From Synechococcus sp. (lineage in GTDB: Bacteria; Cyanobacteriota; Cyanobacteriia; Thermostichales; PCC-7336), in contig JBFRWD010000172.1 of NCBI GenBank assembly GCA_051439425.1, positions 1 to 61,729 on the forward strand: DNA of 61,729 bases, in the 5' to 3' direction. A program made the translations under genes and the position numbers. The notes beneath the pieces are model-generated. The model had not been told where the DNA came from. It saw nothing but the letters and a program-made list of their open reading frames with translations, and did no database searches. How positions within the stretch are numbered: the first letter of the stretch is position 1; the number at the start of each line of letters is the position of its first letter. Positions 29,496 to 39,019 of this stretch are shown here, in pieces.

Positions 29496-32400
29496 CTAGC
29501 GAATCGGGGCAATATTGCCGGCCTTCACCCAGCCCTCCGTTCCGGTTGAGTCGCGTCGCACCCGCCGCCAACGACCATCGCTGCTAGTACTCAAAATCGT
29601 CACCACCTCCGAGAACGGAATCCCATCTATCTGAGCAGCACCATCGCGAGGCTCCACCCGAATAGCCAGCCCCCGCCGCCAAGTTACCCGACCTCGATAA
29701 CTAGCCGACGTTGAGGGCGTAGACGCCGCCGGAGAATTGGGAGATGTCGTCAGCGCAGCAATATTCCCTGCCTTCACCCACCCTTCAGTACCCGTTGCAT
29801 CCCGCCGCACCCGCTGCCATCGGCCATCCTCACTATTCTCCAAAATCGTCACAACTTCGTTAAAGCGAATGCCGTCAATTTGTCTGACACCATCCTGCGG
29901 TACCGGACGAATCGCCAAACCGCTAGGCCATGTCACTCGACCGCGATCGCCCGCTGGGGAGGACGCTGCAACCACTTCACCAGAGTCAGCATTTTCACTA
30001 GAGTGGGTCGTTTCACCAGAGCTGGCAGTCTCTCCAGAATCAACATGTTCACTAGAGTCAGCAGTTGAGTCTCCACCAGTCGCAACCGACTCTGGTGCAT
30101 CTGGTTCCTCAACAGCTGGCAGCAACGCCAAATTGCCAGCCTTTACCCATCCTTCCTGACCGTTCGATTCGCGCCGTACCCGCTGCCACTGTCCATCTCC
30201 ACTGGTGTCCAAGATTTCCACAATCTCGTTAAACCGAATCCCGCCCACATTGGAGCCTGCCGGGGCAGACAGTAAACGCAAACCATCCGGCCACGTCACC
30301 CGTCCCTGAGGAATGGAGGGGGTTGTAGCTGGTTGAACGGTATCCGCTTCTGCCGCCGCGATCGCTTGAGAGGAATTGTCTAGCTGCGATGATTCTCCAT
30401 CGCTGGAACTTGGCTCGCTCAACTCTTCTTCATCTGCTGCTGGGGCAGTAGCGATAGCTTCAGGCTCTCCAGAGTCCTCCTCGCTACTCTCTGCATCTAC
30501 AGGTTCAGTAGCTGTTGCTCCTTCTCCATCAAGCTGGGATTCACTATCTGATTCAATGCGCTCTGAATCGGAGGGCTCTGACTCAACAAAATCGGTATTT
30601 GTTGAGGCGGAAAGTTCGTTGGGCTCGGAACGGCTATTTGAATTGCCATCCGCAGCCATTTTGTTCTCAACAGCCCCATTAGACGAGCGTGTCGCAATCA
30701 GCTCGGAGTCGCAGACAGCTTGGCGGCCAAGATCGGTACCGGAGAACGCCTCCAGATCTGCCGCAATCTGCTCGCATCCCCTCGCCAGTAAATCCTCCAC
30801 CTCAAAATTCCAGACCCTCACGGTACCGTCTTCACCGGCAGACGCCAGTAAATGACCGTCTGGACTGAAATTGGCACTAAACACAGTCCCTTCGTGGCCG
30901 CGTAATGTGGCAATGTGCATACCATCTGGTGCATGCCACAACATCACAGTTCCGTCCGTTCCAGTGGATGCCACCGTCTGACCGTCAGGGGCAAATCTGA
31001 CGCCATTTACGGCCCCATCGTGGCCCTGCAGCACTGCGATCTCTTCACCATCAACCGTCCAAACTTTAATTGTTCCATCTGCACTGGCCGAGGCTAATGT
31101 CCGTCCATCTGGACTGAAACTCAGTGCATTAATTGCCGCATTGTGTCCTTGCAGCACCGCCAACTCTTTGCCCTCCAGATTCCACAAACGCACCGTGGAG
31201 TCAGCTCCAGCAGAAGCGATGGTGTTCCCGTTTGGATTGAAGGCAATACCCTTCACCACTCCTTCATGTCCGCGCAGGGTAACCAGTGAGTCCCCATCTA
31301 AATGCCACACTCTGACCGTGGCATCGTCCCCTGCTGAAGCCAGCAACTTACCATCGGGGCTAAAGCTAACATCGCGGATGGCTCCTTCGTGCCCTTGAAA
31401 TGTGGCCAGCACCTCACCATGCAAATTCCAAATATCGATCGTGCCATCGGCACTGGCTGCGGCGATCGCCATGCCGTCGGGATGAAAGCTAACACTACTG
31501 CTGAGTTCCTCCCGGCCGTGCAACGTACTTAATGCCTCTCCCCCAAAACTCCACACAACAATCTCTGCGTCTTCTCCCGTTGACACCAATGTCTGGCCGT
31601 CAGGACTAAAGCTGGCGCTGTAGATGGGCCCAGACTGAGCCTCAAGCCGACTAAACTCACCCCCGCCATCCACAGTTTCTCGAAGCTGGGCCGCCACACG
31701 CATTGCCAAATAGGGTTCGGGGTCGTCGCTCGAGTCTTGCAACTGTCTTCCTGCTGTCAGCGCCTCAACCGCACCAGCCAATTCTTGTCCAGCCTGTTGA
31801 AAGCTCTTCGAGGCAGAAAGTCTGGCATCAATTTCGGCATTGGTCGCTTGCTGTCGGGCCCGATTGACATTGGAGAGATGAAATCCAGTCAACACAATTC
31901 CCAACAGAGCAGCCACGGCGATCGCTGCCATTGCGGTTGCAGTGCCCACCACTTGTCCGAATCGCCGTTTACGCAAGTCTTCCCGAGCCGCTGCGGCAGA
32001 CTTCCGCAATGCGCTCTCGCGCTCGCGCGCTTTACGGCTAAGCTCCAGAAAATGAATCGTATCGCCGTAGCTACTGTCATAGCGACTGGCCCAAGCACTG
32101 TTGGGTTTCCACTGATGCTGCCACCGCAAGGCCACAGTCAGATCGGGATCTTGCAACAGCTTGGCCTCTCCCGACCAATAGCGCGAGGCCAGCTCGACCA
32201 AGTGCTTGTATTCGCGGGCAGCCTCTTCCTCTTGCCATATCCATTCCTTCAGTCGTGGCCACACGCGCATCAAACTGCTATGAGAAATAGACAGAACCGT
32301 CGAACTCAACAGGGGATCGGGCTGAGGGGGCATCAGGAAGGAATTGTGCCGTCCCCGAAACCGATTCACGACACCGCGAACTTCATCCTGCGACACCTGA

Positions 32401-33479
32401 GCAACCCGGGCAATATCCTGCAAGGTGGCAGCTCGACTCATATCCCGCCCATCAGAACGATGCTGCGTCAATAGTTGAAACATCCGCTGCGCGATCGCCT
32501 GTTGCTGGGAGGTCAGTTGGGCGTAGATGCGATCGGCATGATTGGTTAAGGCAGCCGCAAGGCCACCGACTGCCTCGTAATGGCGCAGATCGACCGGTTC
32601 GTTGCTGTCGTGATGGCCCAGCCAATAATCCCAGGTGCGCATCAGACCATGCTGCATCACTGGTAATGCCTCCAGACTATCTCCCATATCGTTCAGCATG
32701 CGCTGCACCAAGTGGGGGGCAATCCGTCCTCCGACAACCCCAATGGGGCCTTCAATTGCTGAGCGCAGTTGCTCGCGTGTCAGTCTGGGAAGTAAATACT
32801 GGCTACTATTAATTACCTCAGGTAAACCGTCAAATCGGGCACAATCCCCCACAAAATCGGAGCGCAGGGTCATCACCACGTAGATAGGCTGCTGGCCTTG
32901 CTCAATCGCCGTCAGTAGCAGCTTTACAAATGCGGCTGTTTCGTCCTCCGAACGCTCGCCACCCAATTGGGAACTGTCGCTCCAGGCATCGCAGTCAATC
33001 CAAGCTTCTAGCCCATCCACCACCACGATCAAATTTTCATGGGTGGATAGTTGACATTGTCGGACGGCCTCAACCAGCCCTAACCGACCCCGGCGCAAGG
33101 TTGATTCCAGCCCTAACATACGCTCTTGCAACAGATTGCCAGATGTCTCCTCCTGTCCACCTTGCTGCGCTATGAGCGAACCGGCCAGGGCTGCCGCCAA
33201 ACAGTGAATAGGACTGCCACCCGGTCGGACATCTGCCACTCTCCAGTTTGAATTCATGTTGGGCAAGAAACCACTATAGAGGGCCGGTAGCAAGCCAGCC
33301 CGCACCAGAGACGACTTTCCGCTACCTGCACTGCCTACAACAGCAACAAAACGATGCTTGTGCAGGCGATCCAACAATTCATCGATTCGATCTTCACGAC
33401 CAAAAAAGAGATGCTCTTCCCCAAATTCAAACGCTCGCAGCCCGGGGAACGGATTCAGGCGCTCTGTTACGCGGGTCAT
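29496..33479 (-). CDS. nSTAND-type NTPase + TM + 7 WD40 repeats + acidic linker + 3 SH3b-like domains
   Basis: NPFPGLRAF, FFGRE, GSAGSGKSS; TM AMAAIAVAALLGIVL; seven WD40 units; three GRVTW...GWVKAGN repeats. Confidence 0.85.
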   Translation of the reverse strand: MTRVTERLNPFPGLRAFEFGEEHLFFGREDRIDELLDRLHKHRFVAVVGSAGSGKSSLVRAGLLPALYSGFLPNMNSNWRVADVRPGGSPIHCLAAALAGSLIAQQGGQEETSGNLLQERMLGLESTLRRGRLGLVEAVRQCQLSTHENLIVVVDGLEAWIDCDAWSDSSQLGGERSEDETAAFVKLLLTAIEQGQQPIYVVMTLRSDFVGDCARFDGLPEVINSSQYLLPRLTREQLRSAIEGPIGVVGGRIAPHLVQRMLNDMGDSLEALPVMQHGLMRTWDYWLGHHDSNEPVDLRHYEAVGGLAAALTNHADRIYAQLTSQQQAIAQRMFQLLTQHRSDGRDMSRAATLQDIARVAQVSQDEVRGVVNRFRGRHNSFLMPPQPDPLLSSTVLSISHSSLMRVWPRLKEWIWQEEEAAREYKHLVELASRYWSGEAKLLQDPDLTVALRWQHQWKPNSAWASRYDSSYGDTIHFLELSRKARERESALRKSAAAAREDLRKRRFGQVVGTATAMAAIAVAALLGIVLTGFHLSNVNRARQQATNAEIDARLSASKSFQQAGQELAGAVEALTAGRQLQDSSDDPEPYLAMRVAAQLRETVDGGGEFSRLEAQSGPIYSASFSPDGQTLVSTGEDAEIVVWSFGGEALSTLHGREELSSSVSFHPDGMAIAAASADGTIDIWNLHGEVLATFQGHEGAIRDVSFSPDGKLLASAGDDATVRVWHLDGDSLVTLRGHEGVVKGIAFNPNGNTIASAGADSTVRLWNLEGKELAVLQGHNAAINALSFSPDGRTLASASADGTIKVWTVDGEEIAVLQGHDGAVNGVRFAPDGQTVASTGTDGTVMLWHAPDGMHIATLRGHEGTVFSANFSPDGHLLASAGEDGTVRVWNFEVEDLLARGCEQIAADLEAFSGTDLGRQAVCDSELIATRSSNGAVENKMAADGNSNSRSEPNELSASTNTDFVESEPSDSERIESDSESQLDGEGATATEPVDAESSEEDSGEPEAIATAPAADEEELSEPSSSDGESSQLDNSSQAIAAAEADTVQPATTPSIPQGRVTWPDGLRLLSAPAGSNVGGIRFNEIVEILDTSGDGQWQRVRRESNGQEGWVKAGNLALLPAVEEPDAPESVATGGDSTADSSEHVDSGETASSGETTHSSENADSGEVVAASSPAGDRGRVTWPSGLAIRPVPQDGVRQIDGIRFNEVVTILENSEDGRWQRVRRDATGTEGWVKAGNIAALTTSPNSPAASTPSTSASYRGRVTWRRGLAIRVEPRDGAAQIDGIPFSEVVTILSTSSDGRWRRVRRDSTGTEGWVKAGNIAPIR

Positions 33480-35191
33480 CCCTCTACCCCTCTTGGAACA
33501 TTGGTTATTCGAGTCGCAAATGGTTGTAGAACGTCCGCTGAAAAGGGTTCGGACGGGTGAAGAACGGACACTTGAGTGACGTTGAGATTGTGTTTGTGGA
33601 GGGTGGCTGGTGGCCCGATATACACGGCGCGCGGCACTGGCGATCGTTCGGCAGAGCAGGTCTTACGCAGAGCGTTTAACCGTCGCCTCAACCACACATC
33701 ACTCCCTTGCCCGTAGTAGATCAAGACACCATCGGCTTGTCGAAGCTTTGCTTCCGAACTGCTAACCCCTTCTCCTGAGGAGTAGTTGGGGGCAAGCACC
33801 TCAAACCGTTCACTCAACCAATTCCGAAGTTGAATCAGCACCGGTTCGCCTTCATCCTGTCGTTCGAAATCAACGTATACCTTACGAGAGAAGTTCGTAC
33901 GACAATTACTGGTCTTGAAGATCGGAGAATCGTGTTCTAGGTAGGTCTGAATGGCCGTTTTTAGGCCTTCGACACCAGACAACAACACCTCGGGCAATCC
34001 TGGCAACGTTTCGAGTATTGTCTCCCAATAATCCCGCTCTCTCGTCCCAGGAACCCATAGAATTTGTGAAAATCCAGTATCCCCTAGGCGATTGGCTGCC
34101 AGCTTAATTTGCGTGCGTACGCGAGCCATCTCCAAATGCGAGGACTGCAAGGGTGGGGAGGAGAGAGGTGATGCAGGAAATTGTGTAGTGAGCGCATCAT
34201 CAACTCCCAGCAAATGGACGGAGAGATCGCAAAGAGCCAACGATGCTTGGATTTCTTCGGTAAAACTTTTGGAGCGAGGTAAGGGGCGATCGGGAAGCAC
34301 CCAATGTCCTGACAGTTCAAGTTCTCGGCGGACTTCATCCCGAATGGCGACCAGTTGAGAGTTGGTTTCGGCTAGGTATATGACTTTTCCTTCTGCTTCA
34401 TCTCTCAGCGGCCTGGTGGCCTGCATTGCATCAGCTTTCTTGGGGGAGGTATTTGTTTTGACGGCCAATGCGTCGAGAAGCTTGTGGATGTCGTAGGCTA
34501 AATCATCAATAATTTGAAGAAATTTTAGATCTTCTGCAAAACCGCAGTCTGTCTCGAAGCTTATGCCTCGATCTGGCTCCGTACTTCCCTCCGAACTCGT
34601 GTGGTTGTCTGATGTCGCAGTTCGCCCGAACTCAATCAAGCGATCGCCATCCCATTCAAAACAATTATGAGATAGAACCCCTCGCAATTCTCGTGGCTGT
34701 CGCTCAAGCAGCACCGGAAACCGTACAACCTTGAACAGGCGAGTCAAGCTTCCTTCAACCCACAGACCTCCAGTACGGGCAGCCGCACGGGTAAACGATT
34801 GCAGCGCTTGGGCACAGCCTCGCGATCGCACCGACTGGGGGGACACCACCGAAACGAGGGCCGCGACAGTCTCCATCGTGTCCGAATTGCTATGCCCTTC
34901 CTGATTTCCGTACGCTGGAGTGGTATCTATGCTTTCACTATCTGTTACAAAATCTGTGGGTGGCGAGCTATCCGCAGTCATAGTCCCAGTGGCTCGACCG
35001 CCATCTGTTTGCTTCGGATCGGGGGACGCGTCGTCAGCTCGACATAGAATTTTTGGGGTTGTTCCCGTGAGTTGGGTAAGCCGAGTCTCAAGCAGGCGAT
35101 GAAACCGAGTCACCCATCCTTCTTCCCCTACTCGAATTGGCTGATTATCAGTGTGGGCGTAGCTGATACAAACATCCCATTCGAATGCCAT
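33476..35191 (-). CDS. Multi-TIR-like-domain protein overlapping the start of the NTPase gene
   Basis: DVCISYAHTDN...WVTRFH TIR-like start; further TIR-like blocks KVIYLAET..LSVHLLG and KVYVDF..GVLIYYG; ATGA overlap at 33476-33479. Confidence 0.7.
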   Translation of the reverse strand: MAFEWDVCISYAHTDNQPIRVGEEGWVTRFHRLLETRLTQLTGTTPKILCRADDASPDPKQTDGGRATGTMTADSSPPTDFVTDSESIDTTPAYGNQEGHSNSDTMETVAALVSVVSPQSVRSRGCAQALQSFTRAAARTGGLWVEGSLTRLFKVVRFPVLLERQPRELRGVLSHNCFEWDGDRLIEFGRTATSDNHTSSEGSTEPDRGISFETDCGFAEDLKFLQIIDDLAYDIHKLLDALAVKTNTSPKKADAMQATRPLRDEAEGKVIYLAETNSQLVAIRDEVRRELELSGHWVLPDRPLPRSKSFTEEIQASLALCDLSVHLLGVDDALTTQFPASPLSSPPLQSSHLEMARVRTQIKLAANRLGDTGFSQILWVPGTRERDYWETILETLPGLPEVLLSGVEGLKTAIQTYLEHDSPIFKTSNCRTNFSRKVYVDFERQDEGEPVLIQLRNWLSERFEVLAPNYSSGEGVSSSEAKLRQADGVLIYYGQGSDVWLRRRLNALRKTCSAERSPVPRAVYIGPPATLHKHNLNVTQVSVLHPSEPFSADVLQPFATRITNVPRGVEG

Positions 35192-35356
35192 GCCAGACTT
35201 GACTCAGTGATTATACGCAGGAATTAATGTAGCGTAATTCCCCTGGCGTGGCTTGCTTCTCGCAAAAGTTTTTCCCGGGGGTGTTGGGGCTTCGTCATGC
35301 CGATCGGAGAGAAATGAATGATGGTGATCGATGGCCGGGGATGATGGCGATCGGAC

Positions 35357-36058
35357 TTAGGTTGCTAAGAACGAGAACACGTCAGAAAAAGTGTCCGCAA
35401 TCAGCTCTCCACTTAACGATAAATCAAACATTTGGCAGTAGGAATGAAATGTCACGATCGCGTTTCTATCCGCTTCCCCTTTACCAATGTGTCCGATGCG
35501 CTCGATCAGGGCAGCGTTGATAATGGCCAGTTGCTCGTACCGATGCTTCACTAAGTCGCAAATCTCGTCGATGTCTCGCACGGTTTTATGCTTGATGAGT
35601 TCGGAGAGCGTGCAACTGGACATGGAGCGAAATAGGGTTTCTTCAAACGATGCAAACGGCAGGTGAAATCGGGCTAATGGCTTCAGCCACTGGAAATGAG
35701 GACAGCTACTTGAGGCCATGATCAGCCCAAATATTGAGTTCAATCCTCGTTGCAAATCTGTCTGTTTGGAGTAGGTTCGTTCGGGGCCAATTACCGTGAC
35801 ATGGGTGGCTTCATAGGACAGACCATCTTTAAATTGCACGATCGCGCTGGAGATGTTGGCTGCCACGGGGCAGTATTTGACGTCCGTTGGATCGAGCGGG
35901 CAATTGGGACATTGATGGTGATGAAGTTCCGTCCACGGTTCGTACTCTCGTTCGGAGTAATCGATCAAATTTAGAGTCTTGCGATCGATCGATATGGGGA
36001 TCTCGTATTGAGGTTTGTCCTGAATGGAAAACACGTACCGAAATGTTATGGCATCCAT
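35357..36058 (-). CDS. Hypothetical protein with Cys motifs (DUF6901-like)
   Basis: WTELHHHQCPNCPL...CP; SCP..WLKPLARFHLPFAS; family recalled, not searched. Confidence 0.6.
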   Translation of the reverse strand: MDAITFRYVFSIQDKPQYEIPISIDRKTLNLIDYSEREYEPWTELHHHQCPNCPLDPTDVKYCPVAANISSAIVQFKDGLSYEATHVTVIGPERTYSKQTDLQRGLNSIFGLIMASSSCPHFQWLKPLARFHLPFASFEETLFRSMSSCTLSELIKHKTVRDIDEICDLVKHRYEQLAIINAALIERIGHIGKGEADRNAIVTFHSYCQMFDLSLSGELIADTFSDVFSFLAT

Positions 36059-36300
36059 CTAGATAGCTCCGGCTAGATAGGCTCCAATAAGGGGCTACTC
36101 CTCCGGTAAAGGGGCAGCTTAGGTGAAATTATTGACGCTTTTTGGGGGCGCACCCCATCTTTACAGAAATAAACCAGTTTCTATAAAGATGGGCTGGATT
36201 GGGTTTCAAGCAGATTGAGTTGTATCCCCATTGCTCTAGACAGGCTTCAGGCAACACACAGTCTCAAACGAACTTGCAAGATGGATGCAGCATATGTGCG

Positions 36301-37503
36301 TTAAGCAGATTGATAGCGAATACCAGCATTCGCAAGACGCTGCATGGCCTCGCCCAGGCGATCGCAGTCGGCAATCAGGCTAATACGAACGTAGCCTTCT
36401 CCTCCATTGCCAAATGCACTGCCGGGGGTAACCACAACTCCGGTTGTCTCCAAGACTCTGAGGGCGAAGTCTGTCGAGTTTTCAGCTTCTCCAGACGCCG
36501 TGCGGGGGGTGGGCACCCACAAATACATCGTGGCGCGGGAAGGGGGCACATCCCAACCCATTTTGGCCAACTCGGCAGTCAGGAAATCCCGTCGCTGACT
36601 GTAGCGAGCTTGAACCTCGGCGAGATGAGAATCCGGTAGCTTGAGAGCAGTCTCAGCCGCAGTCTGAATGGCAGCAAAAATACCGTAATCCAGGTTGGTC
36701 TTCAACGTACGCAGACTTTGGATGATGTCGCGGTTCCCCACCACAAAGCCCACTCGCCAACCGGCCATGTTGTAGGTTTTTGAGAGGGTATGGAACTCTA
36801 CCCCCAGCTCTTTGGCCCCCGAGATCTCAAGCAAACTGGTGGGTTGATAGCCGTCAAATGCCAATTCTGCGTAGCACAAATCGTGGACGAGCAGAATGTT
36901 GTACTCGTGGGCAAATTCGACAATCTCTTCGAAGAAGGAGCGGGGGGCAACGGCGGAGGTGGGGTTATTGGGGTAGTTGAAGTAGAGGACTTTAGCCTTA
37001 CGAGCAACTTCTGCGGGAATTTCATTCAAGTCGATCAGCCAATCGTTTTCGGGGCGCATCACCATCGGATAGACAGTGCCGCCAGCAATGAGGGGGCCGC
37101 GGAAATGAGCGGGATAGGCCGGGCTGGGCACCAGAACGATGTCTCCCGGATCGACGTAGGCCAGCGCCAGGTGAGTCAGTCCTTCTTTGGAACCCAACAG
37201 AGGGAGGGCTTCCCCGTTCGGGTCAAGCTGAACACCATAACGGCGGAAATACCAATCGGAAATTGCCGCTCTGAAGTTACTGGTGCCCTCAAATGGGGGA
37301 TAGCCGTGGTTGCTGGAATCAGCAATCGCTTGCTGTGCCGCTGTGACTACCGCATCGGGGGTAGGGCCGTCAGGGTTACCCATTCCCAGGTCGATCAGGT
37401 CGAGCCCCTGTTCGCGGGTGCGGGCCTTGAGTTCATCGAGCCTCGCGAACACGTATGGAGGTAGCTTGTTTAAGCGTTGGGCAGGGGTAAACAGATTGGA
37501 CAT
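36301..37503 (-). CDS. Class I PLP-dependent aminotransferase (aspartate/LL-DAP aminotransferase-like)
   Basis: DLGMGNPD, LGSKEG, NYPNNPT, TLSKTYNMAGWRVG; ATG at 37503. Confidence 0.9.
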   Translation of the reverse strand: MSNLFTPAQRLNKLPPYVFARLDELKARTREQGLDLIDLGMGNPDGPTPDAVVTAAQQAIADSSNHGYPPFEGTSNFRAAISDWYFRRYGVQLDPNGEALPLLGSKEGLTHLALAYVDPGDIVLVPSPAYPAHFRGPLIAGGTVYPMVMRPENDWLIDLNEIPAEVARKAKVLYFNYPNNPTSAVAPRSFFEEIVEFAHEYNILLVHDLCYAELAFDGYQPTSLLEISGAKELGVEFHTLSKTYNMAGWRVGFVVGNRDIIQSLRTLKTNLDYGIFAAIQTAAETALKLPDSHLAEVQARYSQRRDFLTAELAKMGWDVPPSRATMYLWVPTPRTASGEAENSTDFALRVLETTGVVVTPGSAFGNGGEGYVRISLIADCDRLGEAMQRLANAGIRYQSA

Positions 37504-37596
37504 GGCTCGCGGGTGGGCTAGAGACGCGGTGAACTGAAGACGCAGGCTGGCTGGGAATGGCTGCACTTATCAAGGCTGAACGAAAACTAGGCCGAA

Positions 37597-38790
37597 CTAA
37601 GGTGCAGATAGTACCGGGCGATCGGCGGCGATCGATAGTCGTGTTGTGGTCATAGCCACCACCAAGGCTTCGGGGGTGACGGCAAACGGCAGATGGTGAA
37701 TGTCTGAGGACGGAGCACAGGCCACTTGAGCCGCTACTGCCAGAGTTTCTCCAATCGCATTACTTTCATTCAGAGCCGCCATTTGCAGCTCTTCTAGCGA
37801 TGTAGGGAGTCCAACGGTTTCGTAAAACTGCAGCAGTTGCTGGCGGGCCGTAGCGGCAAGCTGGCGTCCCTGCAAAATTTCTTCCAGCCGCAATTGAACC
37901 AAAATTCCGAAGGCTACTTTTGCGCCGTGGAGCTGCGACTTGTGGCCAACTAAGTGGGTCAGACCATTATGGACGGCATGGGCAGCTACTGTGCGACATT
38001 TCGCCCCCCCCAGCCCTCCCATCACACCAGCCAAACACACCGATGCATCTACCACTTGTATCCAGGCCGTACCGCCGGGGTAAGCAATTGCCTCTGCCGA
38101 TTTCTGCAGCAACAAATCTCGCAAAATGCGGGCCTGCTGCACAGCAGCAATTGTCAGGACATCTGCAGAACCACTGCTGCTGACCGAGGCTTCGTACCAT
38201 TTGGCCAGGGCATCTCCAATGCCTGCTTTCAGGGTGTGAAGAGGAGCTTGGCGAATAAGCTCGTAGTCCAGAATCAGTAGGTCGGGAGCGCGATCGAGCG
38301 GGACATCGTACTGAAATGCCCCAGCGTCGGAATAAACATTCGACAGCGCCGTCCAAGCCGCGCAGGTGGCAGCAGAGGTGGGAATGGTAATGATGGGTAG
38401 CTGCAGTTGGTGGGCAATTAGCTTAGCTGTGTCGAGTGCCTTGCCGCCCCCCATCCCGACGATCGCCGTCGCTGAAAACTCGCGAGCCGCATATCTCAAA
38501 CGTTCTAATTCAGCCTCGCAGCAATCCAAGCCGTAGGTCATCCATTCGCAGGCGATAGAGCGATCTTCCCGTGCCAGAGCGTCGAAGGCCGGAGCAAGCA
38601 CTGCCTGTACTAGTGGCAGTGAATGATTGCCTCCAATGGCGAAAATACGAGCCGCCCGCCGCTCCCGAGCCGCTGCAAATTTGGCAAGTCGAACAATATC
38701 GGTGGCGCGCTCGGCCGCAATTCCCCAGCCGCGACAAACAGCGCCGGGGGCGGGAATCAGAGCCGGTTCCTGAGATGAGAGTGGAACCAT
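37597..38790 (-). CDS. Iron-containing alcohol dehydrogenase (glycerol dehydrogenase-like)
   Basis: GMGGGKALDTAK, PTSAATCA, GIGDALAKWYE, AHAVHNGL, HGAKV. Confidence 0.9.
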   Translation of the reverse strand: MVPLSSQEPALIPAPGAVCRGWGIAAERATDIVRLAKFAAARERRAARIFAIGGNHSLPLVQAVLAPAFDALAREDRSIACEWMTYGLDCCEAELERLRYAAREFSATAIVGMGGGKALDTAKLIAHQLQLPIITIPTSAATCAAWTALSNVYSDAGAFQYDVPLDRAPDLLILDYELIRQAPLHTLKAGIGDALAKWYEASVSSSGSADVLTIAAVQQARILRDLLLQKSAEAIAYPGGTAWIQVVDASVCLAGVMGGLGGAKCRTVAAHAVHNGLTHLVGHKSQLHGAKVAFGILVQLRLEEILQGRQLAATARQQLLQFYETVGLPTSLEELQMAALNESNAIGETLAVAAQVACAPSSDIHHLPFAVTPEALVVAMTTTRLSIAADRPVLSAP

Positions 38791-39019
38791 GGGGCAATTG
38801 TTGAACGATCAGGTATCCATGATGACAACCTTTGCCCCTGACATCAAGCACTTTGATGCATATTCCGCAGTCGCGTTCGCGACTTCATCCCCCTGCTCAG
38901 CTAGCGTGCACCATCCTCCTAAGCGATCGGTCACATTGCGATGTGAGTACGCTGAAATGATCGAGCCACAGTAAAGTTGGGGGCTGTGTCTTCAGAGGAG
39001 AACAACGATCGGAACATAA

